Shown: positions 19,877 to 30,747 of the stretch, piece after piece | Layout of the letters: every line of letters starts with the position of its first letter | Numbering within the stretch: the stretch's first letter is position 1 | Source: Sinorhizobium meliloti | GTDB lineage: Bacteria > Pseudomonadota > Alphaproteobacteria > Rhizobiales > Rhizobiaceae | DNA length: 32,000 nucleotides | Assembly (NCBI RefSeq): GCF_017876815.1 | Contig: NZ_JAGIOS010000001.1 | Location: 1,470,001 to 1,502,000, forward strand | Reading direction: 5' to 3' | Position numbers and translations under genes: made by a program | The notes under the pieces: generated by a model | What the model saw: the letters and a program-made list of their open reading frames with translations, nothing else | Database searches by the model: none | Told to the model about the DNA's origin: nothing

Positions 19877-20485
19877 CTACGAACCCGCAAGCGCCTTCTC
19901 GATCGCCGGCATCAGCCCTTCCCGGAGGCTCTTCTCGTCGAAGGGGCCGGCGCGCTTGTAGAGGATCGTGCCGTCGGCGGCGACGAGGAAGGACTCCGGG
20001 ATGCCGTAGACGCCCCAGTTGATCGCCGCCTTGCCGTTCGGATCGACGCCGATCGCCGAGAAAGGATTGCCGAGTTCGCCGAGGAACCTCAGCGCGTTCT
20101 CGTTCCGGTCCTTGTAATTGATGCCGACGACGTTGAGGCGCGGGTCCTTCGACAATTCGAGGATGATCGGATGCTCCTGCCGGCAGGGGACGCACCAGGA
20201 AGCCCAGACATTGACGAGCGTGAGCTTGCCCTTCACCGCCGCGTCGTCGAGAGCCGGCATCGGCTCGCCCGACGGCGTTGCAGCCCCTTCGAGCGGGGGC
20301 ATGGCGAGCATCGGCGCCTTGGTGCCGATCAGCGCCGAGGGGATTTCGCTGACGTCCCTGCCGGAGTTCAACTGGCTCCAGAAGATGAGTGCGAGCACCG
20401 CGAAGATGAGGAGCGGAAGCGCCGCCATGAGATAACGGAGGGCTCCGGGCCTGCGCTCGTCCTGCGGCGTCTCAGCGTCCGTCAT
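19877..20485 (-). CDS. ccmG: Thiol:disulfide interchange protein DsbE/CcmG (cytochrome c maturation)
   Basis: An N-terminal TM anchor and a thioredoxin motif WASWCVPC, then GVYGIPESF. The ATG at 20485 overlaps the ccmD stop (ATGA). The track ORF to 20962 is an Arg/Ser-rich artefactual extension. Confidence 0.9.
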   Translation of the reverse strand: MTDAETPQDERRPGALRYLMAALPLLIFAVLALIFWSQLNSGRDVSEIPSALIGTKAPMLAMPPLEGAATPSGEPMPALDDAAVKGKLTLVNVWASWCVPCRQEHPIILELSKDPRLNVVGINYKDRNENALRFLGELGNPFSAIGVDPNGKAAINWGVYGIPESFLVAADGTILYKRAGPFDEKSLREGLMPAIEKALAGS

Positions 20486-20658
20486 TTGCCCCCTCCGGCT
20501 GGCCCTGCCGCGGAGCGGCGGCGGATCCCGGCGGCCTCGAGCTGCTGCAATTCGCGCCTGCGGGCGCGGCCGTCGGTAAGGACCCACAGGATGAGTCCGG
20601 CTACCGTGGCGGCGGCAACCGCGTAGCTGGCGACGACATAGGCGGCATGGCTCATCAT
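20482..20658 (-). CDS. ccmD: Heme exporter protein D
   Basis: 58 aa with a single TM segment (AAYVVASYAVAAATVAGLILWVL) followed by a basic tail. The start overlaps the ccmC stop (ATGA), and its position between ccmC and ccmG is canonical. Confidence 0.75.
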   Translation of the reverse strand: MMSHAAYVVASYAVAAATVAGLILWVLTDGRARRRELQQLEAAGIRRRSAAGPAGGGK

Positions 20659-21425
20659 GGCGTAAGCTGCTCCCGGCCGGCATTGCGCGCCGCCTGGCGC
20701 CTGAGCGAGGCCACGCGACGGCGCCAGATCTCGTTGCGCATGGCAGCGATATGCAGGGTGAAGAACAGGAGCGTGAAGGCGATCGCCATGACGATGAGCG
20801 GCCGCAGGAATTCCGGATCGATCGTCGGCCCGTCGAGGCGTATGACGCTTGCGGGCTGATGCAGCGTGTTCCACCACTCGACCGAGAACTTGATGATCGG
20901 GATGTTGACGAAACCGACGAGGATAAGCACGGCCGAGACTCGCGCAGATCGGCTCGGGTCATCCATGGCGCGGTTCAGCGCGATCAGCCCGAGATACATG
21001 AGGAAGAGCACGAAGACCGAGGTCAGCCGCGCATCCCAGACCCACCAGGTGCCCCACATCGGCTTGCCCCAGAGCGAGCCGGTGACGAGTGCCAGAAAGG
21101 TGAAGCAGGCGCCGATCGGCGCTGCGGCTCTTGCCGAGACGTCGGCGAGCGGATGACGCCAGACGAGCGTGCCGAGTGCGGAGATCGCCATGACCGTGTA
21201 GCACATCATGGAAAGCCAGGCCGAAGGCACATGCACATACATGATACGCACCGTCTCGCCCTGCTGGTAGTCGCCTTCGGTGGTAAAGGAGAGCCAGAGC
21301 CCAGCCGCGAAGACGAGCAGCGTGAGAGCGGCAAGCCAGGGCAGCACGCGATCCGTCAGCGCCAGGAACCGGGTCGGGTTGGCGAGATCGCTGAATTTGC
21401 GTATGGCCAGGCTGCTTTCACTCAT
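20655..21425 (-). CDS. ccmC: Heme exporter protein C
   Basis: 256 aa with the WWD tryptophan-rich motif (WGKPMWGTWWVWDARL) and conserved His residues. Confidence 0.92.
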   Translation of the reverse strand: MSESSLAIRKFSDLANPTRFLALTDRVLPWLAALTLLVFAAGLWLSFTTEGDYQQGETVRIMYVHVPSAWLSMMCYTVMAISALGTLVWRHPLADVSARAAAPIGACFTFLALVTGSLWGKPMWGTWWVWDARLTSVFVLFLMYLGLIALNRAMDDPSRSARVSAVLILVGFVNIPIIKFSVEWWNTLHQPASVIRLDGPTIDPEFLRPLIVMAIAFTLLFFTLHIAAMRNEIWRRRVASLRRQAARNAGREQLTP

Positions 21426-21484
21426 GACGGTTCTTTAACGCGGAAGGCCGGCTTCCGCAATTCATCCTAAGGTGCCGGGTCCCG

Positions 21485-22144
21485 TCAGTCGGCCGAGTGC
21501 CTGAGTGCCGCCGCGGCCGCCACTGGTCCGATCACCGCGAAGAACAGGGTTATCGCCATCAATATCATGAAAGGCGGCAGAAACGGGGCCGGATCCTCGA
21601 TTGCCGCATAGACCGCGCTGACGCCGAAGATGAGCACCGGTATGGCAAGCGGCAGGACGAGGATCGAGACGAGCAGGCCGCCGCGCGGCAGCGCCACCGC
21701 GACCGCAGCACCGACCGCGCCGATGAAGGTTATCGCCGGCGTTCCCGCGAGCAGGGTGACCATGGTGGCCCCGATGGCGCCTTCGTCCATGTTCATGAAC
21801 AGGCCGAGAAAGGGCGAGGCGATCACCAGCGGCAGGCCGGTGGCGGTCCAATGAGCAGCGCATTTGACGAGAACGGCGAGAAGCAATGGCGTCTCCTGCA
21901 TCATGATGAGATCGAGCGAGCCGTCCTCGCGCTCCGCCTGAAAGAGCCTGTCGAGTCCGAGCAGCGACGCGAGCAGCGCGCCGATCCAGAGGATCGCCGG
22001 GCCGATGCGGGCGAGCAGGTTCAGATCGGGGCCGACGCCGAAGGGGATGACCGCGACGACCGTCATGAAAAAGAGCACGCCGATCATCGCGCCGCCGCCG
22101 GCGCGCACCGAAAGCTTGAGATCCCGGAAAAAGAGGGCGATCAA
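21485..22144 (-). CDS. ccmB: Heme exporter protein B
   Basis: A 219-aa six-TM protein (FFRDLKLSVRAGGG...). The TTG start overlaps the ccmA stop (TTGA). Confidence 0.88.
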   Translation of the reverse strand: MIALFFRDLKLSVRAGGGAMIGVLFFMTVVAVIPFGVGPDLNLLARIGPAILWIGALLASLLGLDRLFQAEREDGSLDLIMMQETPLLLAVLVKCAAHWTATGLPLVIASPFLGLFMNMDEGAIGATMVTLLAGTPAITFIGAVGAAVAVALPRGGLLVSILVLPLAIPVLIFGVSAVYAAIEDPAPFLPPFMILMAITLFFAVIGPVAAAAALRHSAD

Positions 22145-22764
22145 TGGACGAATCCCGTCATTTCAAGGCTCTTCGCCCCCGCGAATCCAAGCGGCTGGTG
22201 GGTGGCCGCGACGACGATGCCGCCGCGGTCGAGATGGGCGGCGACCAGCCCGGCAAAAAGCCTGTCGGCGCTGAGGTCGAGCGCCGCCGTCGGTTCGTCG
22301 AGAAGCCAGATGGGCCGGAAGGCGACAATGAGCTTCGCCATTGCCATGCGCCGCTGCTGGCCGGCGGAAAGATAGCCGAAGGGCAGATGAATGATGTCGG
22401 CGAGCCCCACGGCCTCCGCCGCTTCGACGAGGCCGATGCCGGAGCCGCCCGGCGAATCGCCGAGGAAGCGCTGCCAGAAGGTGAGGTTTTCCTCCACAGT
22501 CAGCTCGCGCTTCATCGCGTTGCGGTGGCCGAGATAATGGCTGAGTTCGCGCGGATGCTCGAACCCCGAGGGGCCGTCCTCGAGCCGGACGCGGCCCCCT
22601 TCCGGCTCGAGAAGCCCCGCCAGGACGCGCAGGAGCGTCGACTTGCCGGCACCGTTCGGGCCGGTCACCACAAGCGCCTCGCCGGCAGCCAGCGCGAACG
22701 AAATATCGTTGAAAATCAGGTCCTCACCGCGCCTCGCACTCAAACCTTCAGCCATGAGGCGCAT
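22141..22764 (-). CDS. ccmA: Cytochrome c biogenesis heme ABC exporter ATPase
   Basis: Walker A GPNGAGKST, signature LSAGQQRRMAM and Walker B WLLDEP. I prefer the ATG at 22764 (MRLMAEGL), though 22755 or 22839 are possible. Confidence 0.88.
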   Translation of the reverse strand: MRLMAEGLSARRGEDLIFNDISFALAAGEALVVTGPNGAGKSTLLRVLAGLLEPEGGRVRLEDGPSGFEHPRELSHYLGHRNAMKRELTVEENLTFWQRFLGDSPGGSGIGLVEAAEAVGLADIIHLPFGYLSAGQQRRMAMAKLIVAFRPIWLLDEPTAALDLSADRLFAGLVAAHLDRGGIVVAATHQPLGFAGAKSLEMTGFVH

Positions 22765-23034
22765 GAATTTCCAGCTTCCCTTGACGTATCTTTTCGCAGA
22801 GCAAAAAAAGTTCCGATTGGACCTTGGTTGGTCTGGCACGATTTGGAGAAATTATCTATAAGGCGGCCAACACGCCAGCGGTCGGCGTGAATTTCATCCA
22901 AGCGCCGAACATGGAACGAGCTTCCACGTACGGACAGCGGAAATGACCGTACCCGCATCCCACTTCGCGCCTCACAGGTGCTCGGGCGTTCGTACGTCAG
23001 TTTTTGGCGATCAGACGGAACGGGGTATCATCCA

Positions 23035-25725
<2,691 letters not shown>

Positions 25726-25747
25726 TCGGCAAGTCATGAACAGAAAA

Positions 25748-25780
25748 GCCGGGGCGTCTACAGCGGCGTCCCGGCTTTTT
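25748..25780 (+). terminator. Rho-independent terminator of acnA
   Basis: GCCGGGGCG-loop-CGTCCCGGC (9-bp GC-rich stem with one G-U pair) followed by TTTTT, 23 nt after the acnA stop. Confidence 0.8.
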
Positions 25781-25967
25781 CATGCCAGCTCGGCGTGGGT
25801 TTTCCACGGCTTTGCGGCAGTCACTCCAACGTGACTTTTCGTTGACGAATACCCGTCGTATGTAGGGGTCTCCCCACGCGGCAATCGCGTTGAAACGACG
25901 CACTTCCGGATGGAAAACGGTTCCACATTTTCCCGGAAGTGCTCTAACGAGCACGAACAAAGACGCC

Positions 25968-26786
25968 ATGATATCCGCCTGCACACCAACAATCCGACGT
26001 CTCACCCTGGCGGTCGGGCTGTTTGGTGCGTTCTGCGGAGCGTCCGCAGCGGATGACGGCAGGGCGGCCAAGGACGGGGCGGTCAAGGACGGGGCGGTCG
26101 GGGGCGGGGAGATCAAGGGCGTCGTCGAACTCTTCACCAGCCAGGGCTGCTCCTCCTGTCCGCCGGCGGACGCAGCGCTCAAGAAGCTCGTCGATGAAGG
26201 CGAGGTCGTCGCGCTCGCCTATCATGTCGACTACTGGAATTATCTCGGATGGGCGGACACGCTCGCTTCCAAGGAAAATACCGAGCGGCAATATGCCTAT
26301 GCGCGGATGCTCGGCCGCTACGGCGTCTACACGCCGCAGGCGATCCTGAACGGGCGCGATCATGCCAACGGCGCGGACCTGCCGGCCATCAGGAACCGGC
26401 TTGCGTTGATGGACGAGAAGGGCAAGGGCCTGTCGGTGCCGGTCGATGCCTCGATCGGCGGCGATGAAATCTCGATCAAGGTCGGTGCCGGCAAAGGCAG
26501 GGCGAATGTCGTCGTCGTCTATTTCGACCGGGCAAGGGTGGTCAAGGTCGAGAAGGGCGAGAACAGCGGCAAGGAGATCGCCTATTGGCATGCCGTTCGC
26601 GACATCCAGACGATCGGCATGTGGGAGGGAAAGCCCGCGGAATTCACGCTGCCCGCCTCGGTCCTGATCGAAGGCCAGGGCAACAGCGGTTGCGCGGTGC
26701 TGCTGCAATCGATGAAGGACAAGGAAACGCCCGGAGCCATCATCGGCGCTGCAACGGTTCTCGCGGGGCCACAGGGAAAGCTCTGA
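25968..26786 (+). CDS. DUF1223 domain secreted protein (thioredoxin-like, CxxC)
   Basis: Signal peptide MISACTPTIRRLTLAVGLFGAFCGASA, then ELFTSQGCSSCPPAD...YHVDYWNYLGW, which I recognise as DUF1223. Confidence 0.75.
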   Translation: MISACTPTIRRLTLAVGLFGAFCGASAADDGRAAKDGAVKDGAVGGGEIKGVVELFTSQGCSSCPPADAALKKLVDEGEVVALAYHVDYWNYLGWADTLASKENTERQYAYARMLGRYGVYTPQAILNGRDHANGADLPAIRNRLALMDEKGKGLSVPVDASIGGDEISIKVGAGKGRANVVVVYFDRARVVKVEKGENSGKEIAYWHAVRDIQTIGMWEGKPAEFTLPASVLIEGQGNSGCAVLLQSMKDKETPGAIIGAATVLAGPQGKL

Positions 26787-27114
26787 GGACGCAGGAAACG
26801 TTCCGCCTCGCTTGCGGCGGAACAGGGGATGGTTCGGCCCGGCAGCATCGAGGGGCTGGGGCTGAGGGTTCGAAGTTACCGGACCGAACCAGCCATGTCT
26901 GCGTTCGAGAACCTCCCGCAGCATGACGGCTGGCCGGACATACGGTGGCAACGACTCTGTCCGGCAGCGGTCGGAGTGTTGCGGCGAATTGGGGCGGCGT
27001 TTTGACTGAATTGCGGCAGCCCCAAGAATTGCTGACATTGATCAACAGCTTCCGTCTTGCTTTTCCGATCGTGTGAGGCACACTGTCGTGGTCCTGTCAC
27101 ATTAGAAGGCCGAA

Positions 27115-27525
27115 ATGCCGATGACTGATGAAACGGATTTGCCGCGAGGCGAAGCACGTCACTACGGCCGGACCACCTCCGAGGTGGTCGTCGATCTTCA
27201 CGAATACAAGCAAGCCAAGAACCCCCCGCCCGTCACCTTCCATCGCCGCGAACTCGACCTGATCCTCAAGGTCTACGGCCGTATGGTGGGCGAAGGGGAG
27301 TGGCGCGACTATGCGATCGACCATCTGAGGGACCGGGCCGTTTTCTCGGTGTTCAAGCGCGCCGGAGAAGTGCCCCTCTACCGCATCGAGAAAAACCCGA
27401 AGCTCGCCGCGAAACAGGGCGCCTTCAGCGTGCTCAACGCTCACGGGACGATATTGAAGCGGGGCCACGAGCTCGCCCAGGTGCTCAAGGCCTTCGACAA
27501 GGTGCTGAAGCTCGTCAAGACCTGA
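27115..27525 (+). CDS. DUF2794 domain protein (conserved alphaproteobacterial hypothetical)
   Basis: 136 aa containing FHRRELDLILKVYGRMVGEGEWRDYAID...PLYRIEK. A GAAGG Shine-Dalgarno lies 6 nt before the ATG. Confidence 0.65.
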   Translation: MPMTDETDLPRGEARHYGRTTSEVVVDLHEYKQAKNPPPVTFHRRELDLILKVYGRMVGEGEWRDYAIDHLRDRAVFSVFKRAGEVPLYRIEKNPKLAAKQGAFSVLNAHGTILKRGHELAQVLKAFDKVLKLVKT

Positions 27526-27544
27526 CCGACATATCACTGGAGCT

Positions 27545-27593
27545 GCCCCTCATCCGCCTGCCGGCACCTTCTCCCCGCAGGCGGGGCGAAGGG
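27545..27593. repeat. REP/RIME-like module, same family as 19747-19868
   Basis: GCCCCTCATCCGCCTGCCGGCACCTTCTCCCC differs from the reverse complement of 19836-19868 by a single 1-nt indel. It is followed by an imperfect hairpin, CCTTCTCCCC/GGGGCGAAGG. More degenerate GC-rich palindromic sequence continues to about 27665. Confidence 0.8.
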
Positions 27594-27702
27594 ACAAGCG
27601 GCAGCGCTTCGCCTTGGTCCCCTCTCCCCGCGTGCGGGTTTATCCCTGAAACGGCGGGCAGGGCCAAATCGCCTGCACCGAGCGTGCCATCAGTGTTGCG
27701 AA

Positions 27703-27726
27703 TCAGATAAGTGTATGCTTATCTGA
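27703..27726. promoter_or_regulatory. Perfect 9-6-9 inverted repeat, putative ArsR-family operator
   Basis: TCAGATAAG-tgtatg-CTTATCTGA ends 4 nt before the arsR-like ATG, in the only AT-rich patch of the spacer. Confidence 0.5.
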
Positions 27727-27730
27727 CGTC

Positions 27731-28045
27731 ATGATTGAGAATGACATATTCAAAGCTCTCGCCGACCCGACACGCCGTGCAATCTTCGAGAAGCTGGCGA
27801 GCGGAAGTATGAACGCCAGTGCCTTGCGCAACGGTATGGACATCAGCCAGCCGGCCATGTCCCAACACCTCCACGTATTGCGTAATGCAAAGCTGGTGCG
27901 GGAGGAACGGCAGGGGCGCTTCGTGAACTACGAGGTCGACCCGGAGGGGCTGGCGCTCATAGCCGGATGGCTGGCGAAGTATCGCGCCTACTGGCCGGCG
28001 CGGATCGATGCGTTGAAGGTCTTGCTGAGGGATATGGATCAATGA
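27731..28045 (+). CDS. ArsR/SmtB family transcriptional regulator (Cys-free subclass)
   Basis: Winged-HTH motif ALADPTRRAIFEKL...ISQPAMSQHLHVLRNAKLV. The 104-aa protein has no cysteine, so it is unlikely to be a classical thiolate metal or arsenite sensor. Confidence 0.88.
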   Translation: MIENDIFKALADPTRRAIFEKLASGSMNASALRNGMDISQPAMSQHLHVLRNAKLVREERQGRFVNYEVDPEGLALIAGWLAKYRAYWPARIDALKVLLRDMDQ

Positions 28046-28401
28046 ACGATGTGGAGCTAAACGAGCAGGCAAGGAATCTGGTGCTCGAATACGAACTCGA
28101 TGAAGCGCCTGAAAAGGTTTGGCGGGCGATCAGCATGCCTGAGTTTCGTGAGAGATGGTTGCCCAGGCGGGAACTGGCCGGGGCTGAGCCTGTCTCCACC
28201 GCACCGGGCAAGGAAATCCGCTACAAAATGCGCGACGACGAGCCTCCCTTTCTCGAAAGCCTCGTGGCGTTCCAGGTCAGACCCAACAATGACGGCGGCA
28301 CGATTCTTAGAATTATCCATGGGCTGGAGGATGAGCGACTGGCTCCGCGAACTCCGCCGGCGGCGAATAGCAATCGGCTTTGGCTGATGCGCGCCGCCTG
28401 A
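28042..28401 (+). CDS. SRPBCC/AHSA1-like domain protein
   Basis: 119 aa. The start overlaps the arsR stop (ATGA). The [17 protein letters not shown] motif is typical of the Aha1/START-like proteins commonly paired with ArsR regulators. Confidence 0.65.
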
Positions 28402-28445
28402 CGTCTCATTCTACCAAAACAAGGTCATCAGACAGGAGTTCGCCT

Positions 28446-29063
28446 ATGCGCGAAGCGATGCAACTCGTCCCTATGGTCGTCGAACAATCCAGCCGTGGCG
28501 AGCGCTCTTTCGACATCTATTCCCGCCTGCTGCGTGAGCGAATCATCTTTCTGAACGGCGAGGTGAACGATGCAGTGTCCGCTCTCGTTTGCGCACAGCT
28601 GTTGTTCCTGGAGGCCGAAAGCCCCAAAAAGCCGATCCAACTCTATATCAATTCGCCCGGCGGTGTCGTTACCAGCGGCTTCGCGATGTACGACACGATG
28701 CGATACATCCGAGCGCCCGTTCATACGCTTTGCATGGGGACGGCCCGCTCGATGGGATCATTCCTGCTGATGGCAGGCGAAGCGGGCGAGCGCACAGCCT
28801 TGCCCAACGCAAGCATCCTTGTCCATCAACCGTCGGGCGGCTTTCAGGGACAGGCCTCCGATATGCTCATCCATGCCGAGGAAATCAGGCGAACCAAACA
28901 CCGCATGACGCGGCTTTATGCCGAGCATTGCGGGCGAACATATGAAGAATTCGAGCGCGCCATGGATCGCGACCGGTTCATGACCGCGGAAGAAGCTCTG
29001 GAGTGGGGTCTGATCGATCGCATCATCACCGAACGGGAGATCGGCGCTGAACGTGATGCATGA
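28446..29063 (+). CDS. clpP: ATP-dependent Clp protease proteolytic subunit (orphan paralog)
   Basis: 205 aa with the catalytic Ser in GTARSMGS, His in VHQPSGG and Asp in DRDRFM. No clpX or clpA gene is adjacent. It lies 44 nt downstream of the SRPBCC gene. Confidence 0.92.
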
Positions 29064-29080
29064 AGCTCACCTGCGCAGGC

Positions 29081-29638
29081 TCAGCTCCTATAAAGCGTAT
29101 CCGGATAGACGCCCTCGGTGGGCTTGGTTGCGGTTCCTTCTCCGAGCGGCCGCTGCATGAAGGCGGTATCCAGCCATCGGCCATGCTTGAAGCCGGTTGC
29201 CTTCATCAGTCCCTGCAACTCGAAGCCGAGCGCCCGGTGCAGGGCGATCGATGAGGGATGCGCGCCGCCGATCACCGCTATCATCTGGCGGAAGCCGAGA
29301 GCCGTGCAGCGCCCGACCAGTTCGGACAGCAGCGCCTTGCCGATGCCCTTGCCCCGCGCTTCCGGCGAAAGATAGATCGAATCCTCCACCAGGAACCGAT
29401 AGGCGGTGCGGTTGCGGAAGGCGGAGGCATAGGCATAGCCGATAACCGCGCCACGCTCGTCCAGCGCGACCACATAGGGATAACCGTTACCGGTGATCGT
29501 GGAGAAGCGGAGTGCCATCTCGGCCTCGGATGGCGGCGTCTCCTCATAGGTCGCGACCCCGTTCAGGACGGACTCGCGATAGATTTCGGTGATCGAGCGG
29601 AGGTCGGCGGCAACGGCGTCGCGGAGCGTGGCAGTCAT
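29081..29638 (-). CDS. GNAT N-acetyltransferase, phosphinothricin/L-amino-acid acetyltransferase (PAT/MnaT) type
   Basis: 185 aa with IYRESVLNGVATYEETPPS...RGKGIGKALL...HRALGF..G.....G.KHGRW, typical of the PAT family. Confidence 0.8.
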   Translation of the reverse strand: MTATLRDAVAADLRSITEIYRESVLNGVATYEETPPSEAEMALRFSTITGNGYPYVVALDERGAVIGYAYASAFRNRTAYRFLVEDSIYLSPEARGKGIGKALLSELVGRCTALGFRQMIAVIGGAHPSSIALHRALGFELQGLMKATGFKHGRWLDTAFMQRPLGEGTATKPTEGVYPDTLYRS

Positions 29639-29716
29639 GGAATTCTTCGCGCGTTATGGTTGGAGCTGTACTGTCTCGCATGGATGCGCCGGATCGATCA
29701 AGACCGGTTCAGGGCA

Positions 29717-29744
29717 ATAAAAAAGGCGGCCGAAGCCGCCTTTT
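29717..29744 (-). terminator. Rho-independent terminator of the BI-1/ybhL-like gene
   Basis: AAAAGGCGGC-cgaa-GCCGCCTTTT. On the minus strand the hairpin is followed by TTTTTTATT. It is flanked by an outer ACCGGTTC/GAACCGGT pairing (29703-29757). Confidence 0.8.
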
Positions 29745-29763
29745 CCGTCGAACCGGTTCGCGA

Positions 29764-30501
29764 CTACTCGTTCTTGTTGCCAAGGAACTGCAGCATGAAC
29801 ATGAACAGGTTGATGAAGTCGAGGTAGAGCGTTAGCGCGCCCATGATGGCCTTGCGGCCGGCGACCAAGGCGTCATCGCCTTCAAAGTACATTTCCTTGA
29901 GCTTCTGCGTGTCGTAGGCGGTCAGGCCCGCGAAGATGAGCACGCCGATCACCGAGATCGCGAAGCCGAGTGCCGAAGAGGCAAGGAAGATGTTGACGAC
30001 GGATGCGATGATCACGCCGAAGAGGCCCATGATCAGGAACGATCCGAGGCCCGAAAGGTCCTTCTTCGTCGTATAGCCGTAAAGCGACAGGGCACCGAAC
30101 GAAGCAGCCGTCACGAAGAACGTCTGCACGATGCTCTGGCCGGTGAAGACCAGGAAGATCGACGACAGGGACAGGCCCATCAGCGCCGCATAGACCCAGA
30201 AGGTCGTCTGCGCCGCGGAAACGCTCATGGAATTGATGCGGAAGCTCAGGAAGAACACCAGCGCAAGCGGCGCCAGCATAACGACCCACTTCAGGGGCGA
30301 AGCGTAGATAAGCTGGGCGAATGCCGGATTAGAGGCGGCAAGCGCATAGGTTCCGTAAGCTGCCACGCCGGTAATCGCCAGGCCGAGAGCCATCAGGTTG
30401 TAGACCTTCAGCATATAAGCGCGAAGGCCTTCGTCGATCACGGCACCCGCCTGAGCGCCGGCGGGCGACATTCGGGTTTGGTAGTTTCTCAGATCAGCCA
30501 T
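29764..30501 (-). CDS. Bax inhibitor-1/YccA (YbhL-like) family membrane protein
   Basis: About 245 aa and 7 TM segments, with LRAYMLKVYNLMALGL at the N-terminus and a C-terminal LYLDFINLFMFMLQFLG motif. I prefer the ATG at 30501, which follows a GAGGAAACA Shine-Dalgarno. Confidence 0.88.
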   Translation of the reverse strand: MADLRNYQTRMSPAGAQAGAVIDEGLRAYMLKVYNLMALGLAITGVAAYGTYALAASNPAFAQLIYASPLKWVVMLAPLALVFFLSFRINSMSVSAAQTTFWVYAALMGLSLSSIFLVFTGQSIVQTFFVTAASFGALSLYGYTTKKDLSGLGSFLIMGLFGVIIASVVNIFLASSALGFAISVIGVLIFAGLTAYDTQKLKEMYFEGDDALVAGRKAIMGALTLYLDFINLFMFMLQFLGNKNE

Positions 30502-30602
30502 TGTTTCCTCATTTAAGCCCCGGTTGAAGTTACGGTGTCGGGCGGCGAACCTTGTCGTTCCTTTGCGCGCCCAGGCGCCGCTGCGGGGCTCCAGCATGCC
30601 TG
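30502..30602 (-). promoter_or_regulatory. Structured 5' leader, candidate ybhL-type RNA motif
   Basis: Nested long-range stems occur on the minus strand: AGCCCCG/CGGGGCT (30584-30590 with 30516-30522) and GCGGCG/CGCCGC (30576-30581 with 30542-30547). The 3' arm abuts the Shine-Dalgarno. Alphaproteobacterial ybhL genes are reported to carry a conserved leader RNA. Confidence 0.4.
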
Positions 30603-30608
30603 TGGACA

Positions 30609-30637
30609 AATATGATGGTGAACGCCGTCATGCACAA
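30609..30637 (-). promoter_or_regulatory. Predicted sigma70-type promoter of the BI-1/ybhL-like gene
   Basis: The minus strand reads TTGTGC-N17-CATATT, close to the CTTGAC-N17-CTATAT consensus, about 105 nt upstream of the ATG. Confidence 0.35.
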
Positions 30638-30705
30638 GGGCGAAGCGCTTGGAATCGAACAAAGTCGGGCGGCCGGACCATCAAACTAGAGTGATTTACG
30701 GTTAA

Positions 30706-30724
30706 TTCGGCCATCGTGGCCGAA
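30706..30724 (-). terminator. Possible weak terminator hairpin after the FtsX-like permease gene
   Basis: TTCGGCC-atcgt-GGCCGAA (7-bp stem) lies 24 nt after the stop. The trailing T-run is poor (TTAACC). Confidence 0.3.
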
Positions 30725-30747
30725 AGCGCGCGACAGGGATGGCAGGA

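Noticed and set aside
22834-22848. A sigma54-like TGGCACG motif in the ccmA-acnA divergent spacer.
   Set aside because: The -12 element is missing: GG-N10 is followed by AG, not GC. A single hexamer match is not meaningful.
22765-23034. Iron (RirA/Irr) boxes or an aconitase autoregulatory structure in the ccmA-acnA spacer and acnA leader.
   Set aside because: I found no TGA-N9-TCA or ICE-like palindrome, only short self-complementary CGTACG-type motifs. Support is insufficient.
26865-26880. GGTTCGAAG, which resembles a tRNA T-loop.
   Set aside because: There is no complementary T-stem, acceptor stem or anticodon arm around it. It lies in the loop of the 12-bp long-range stem.
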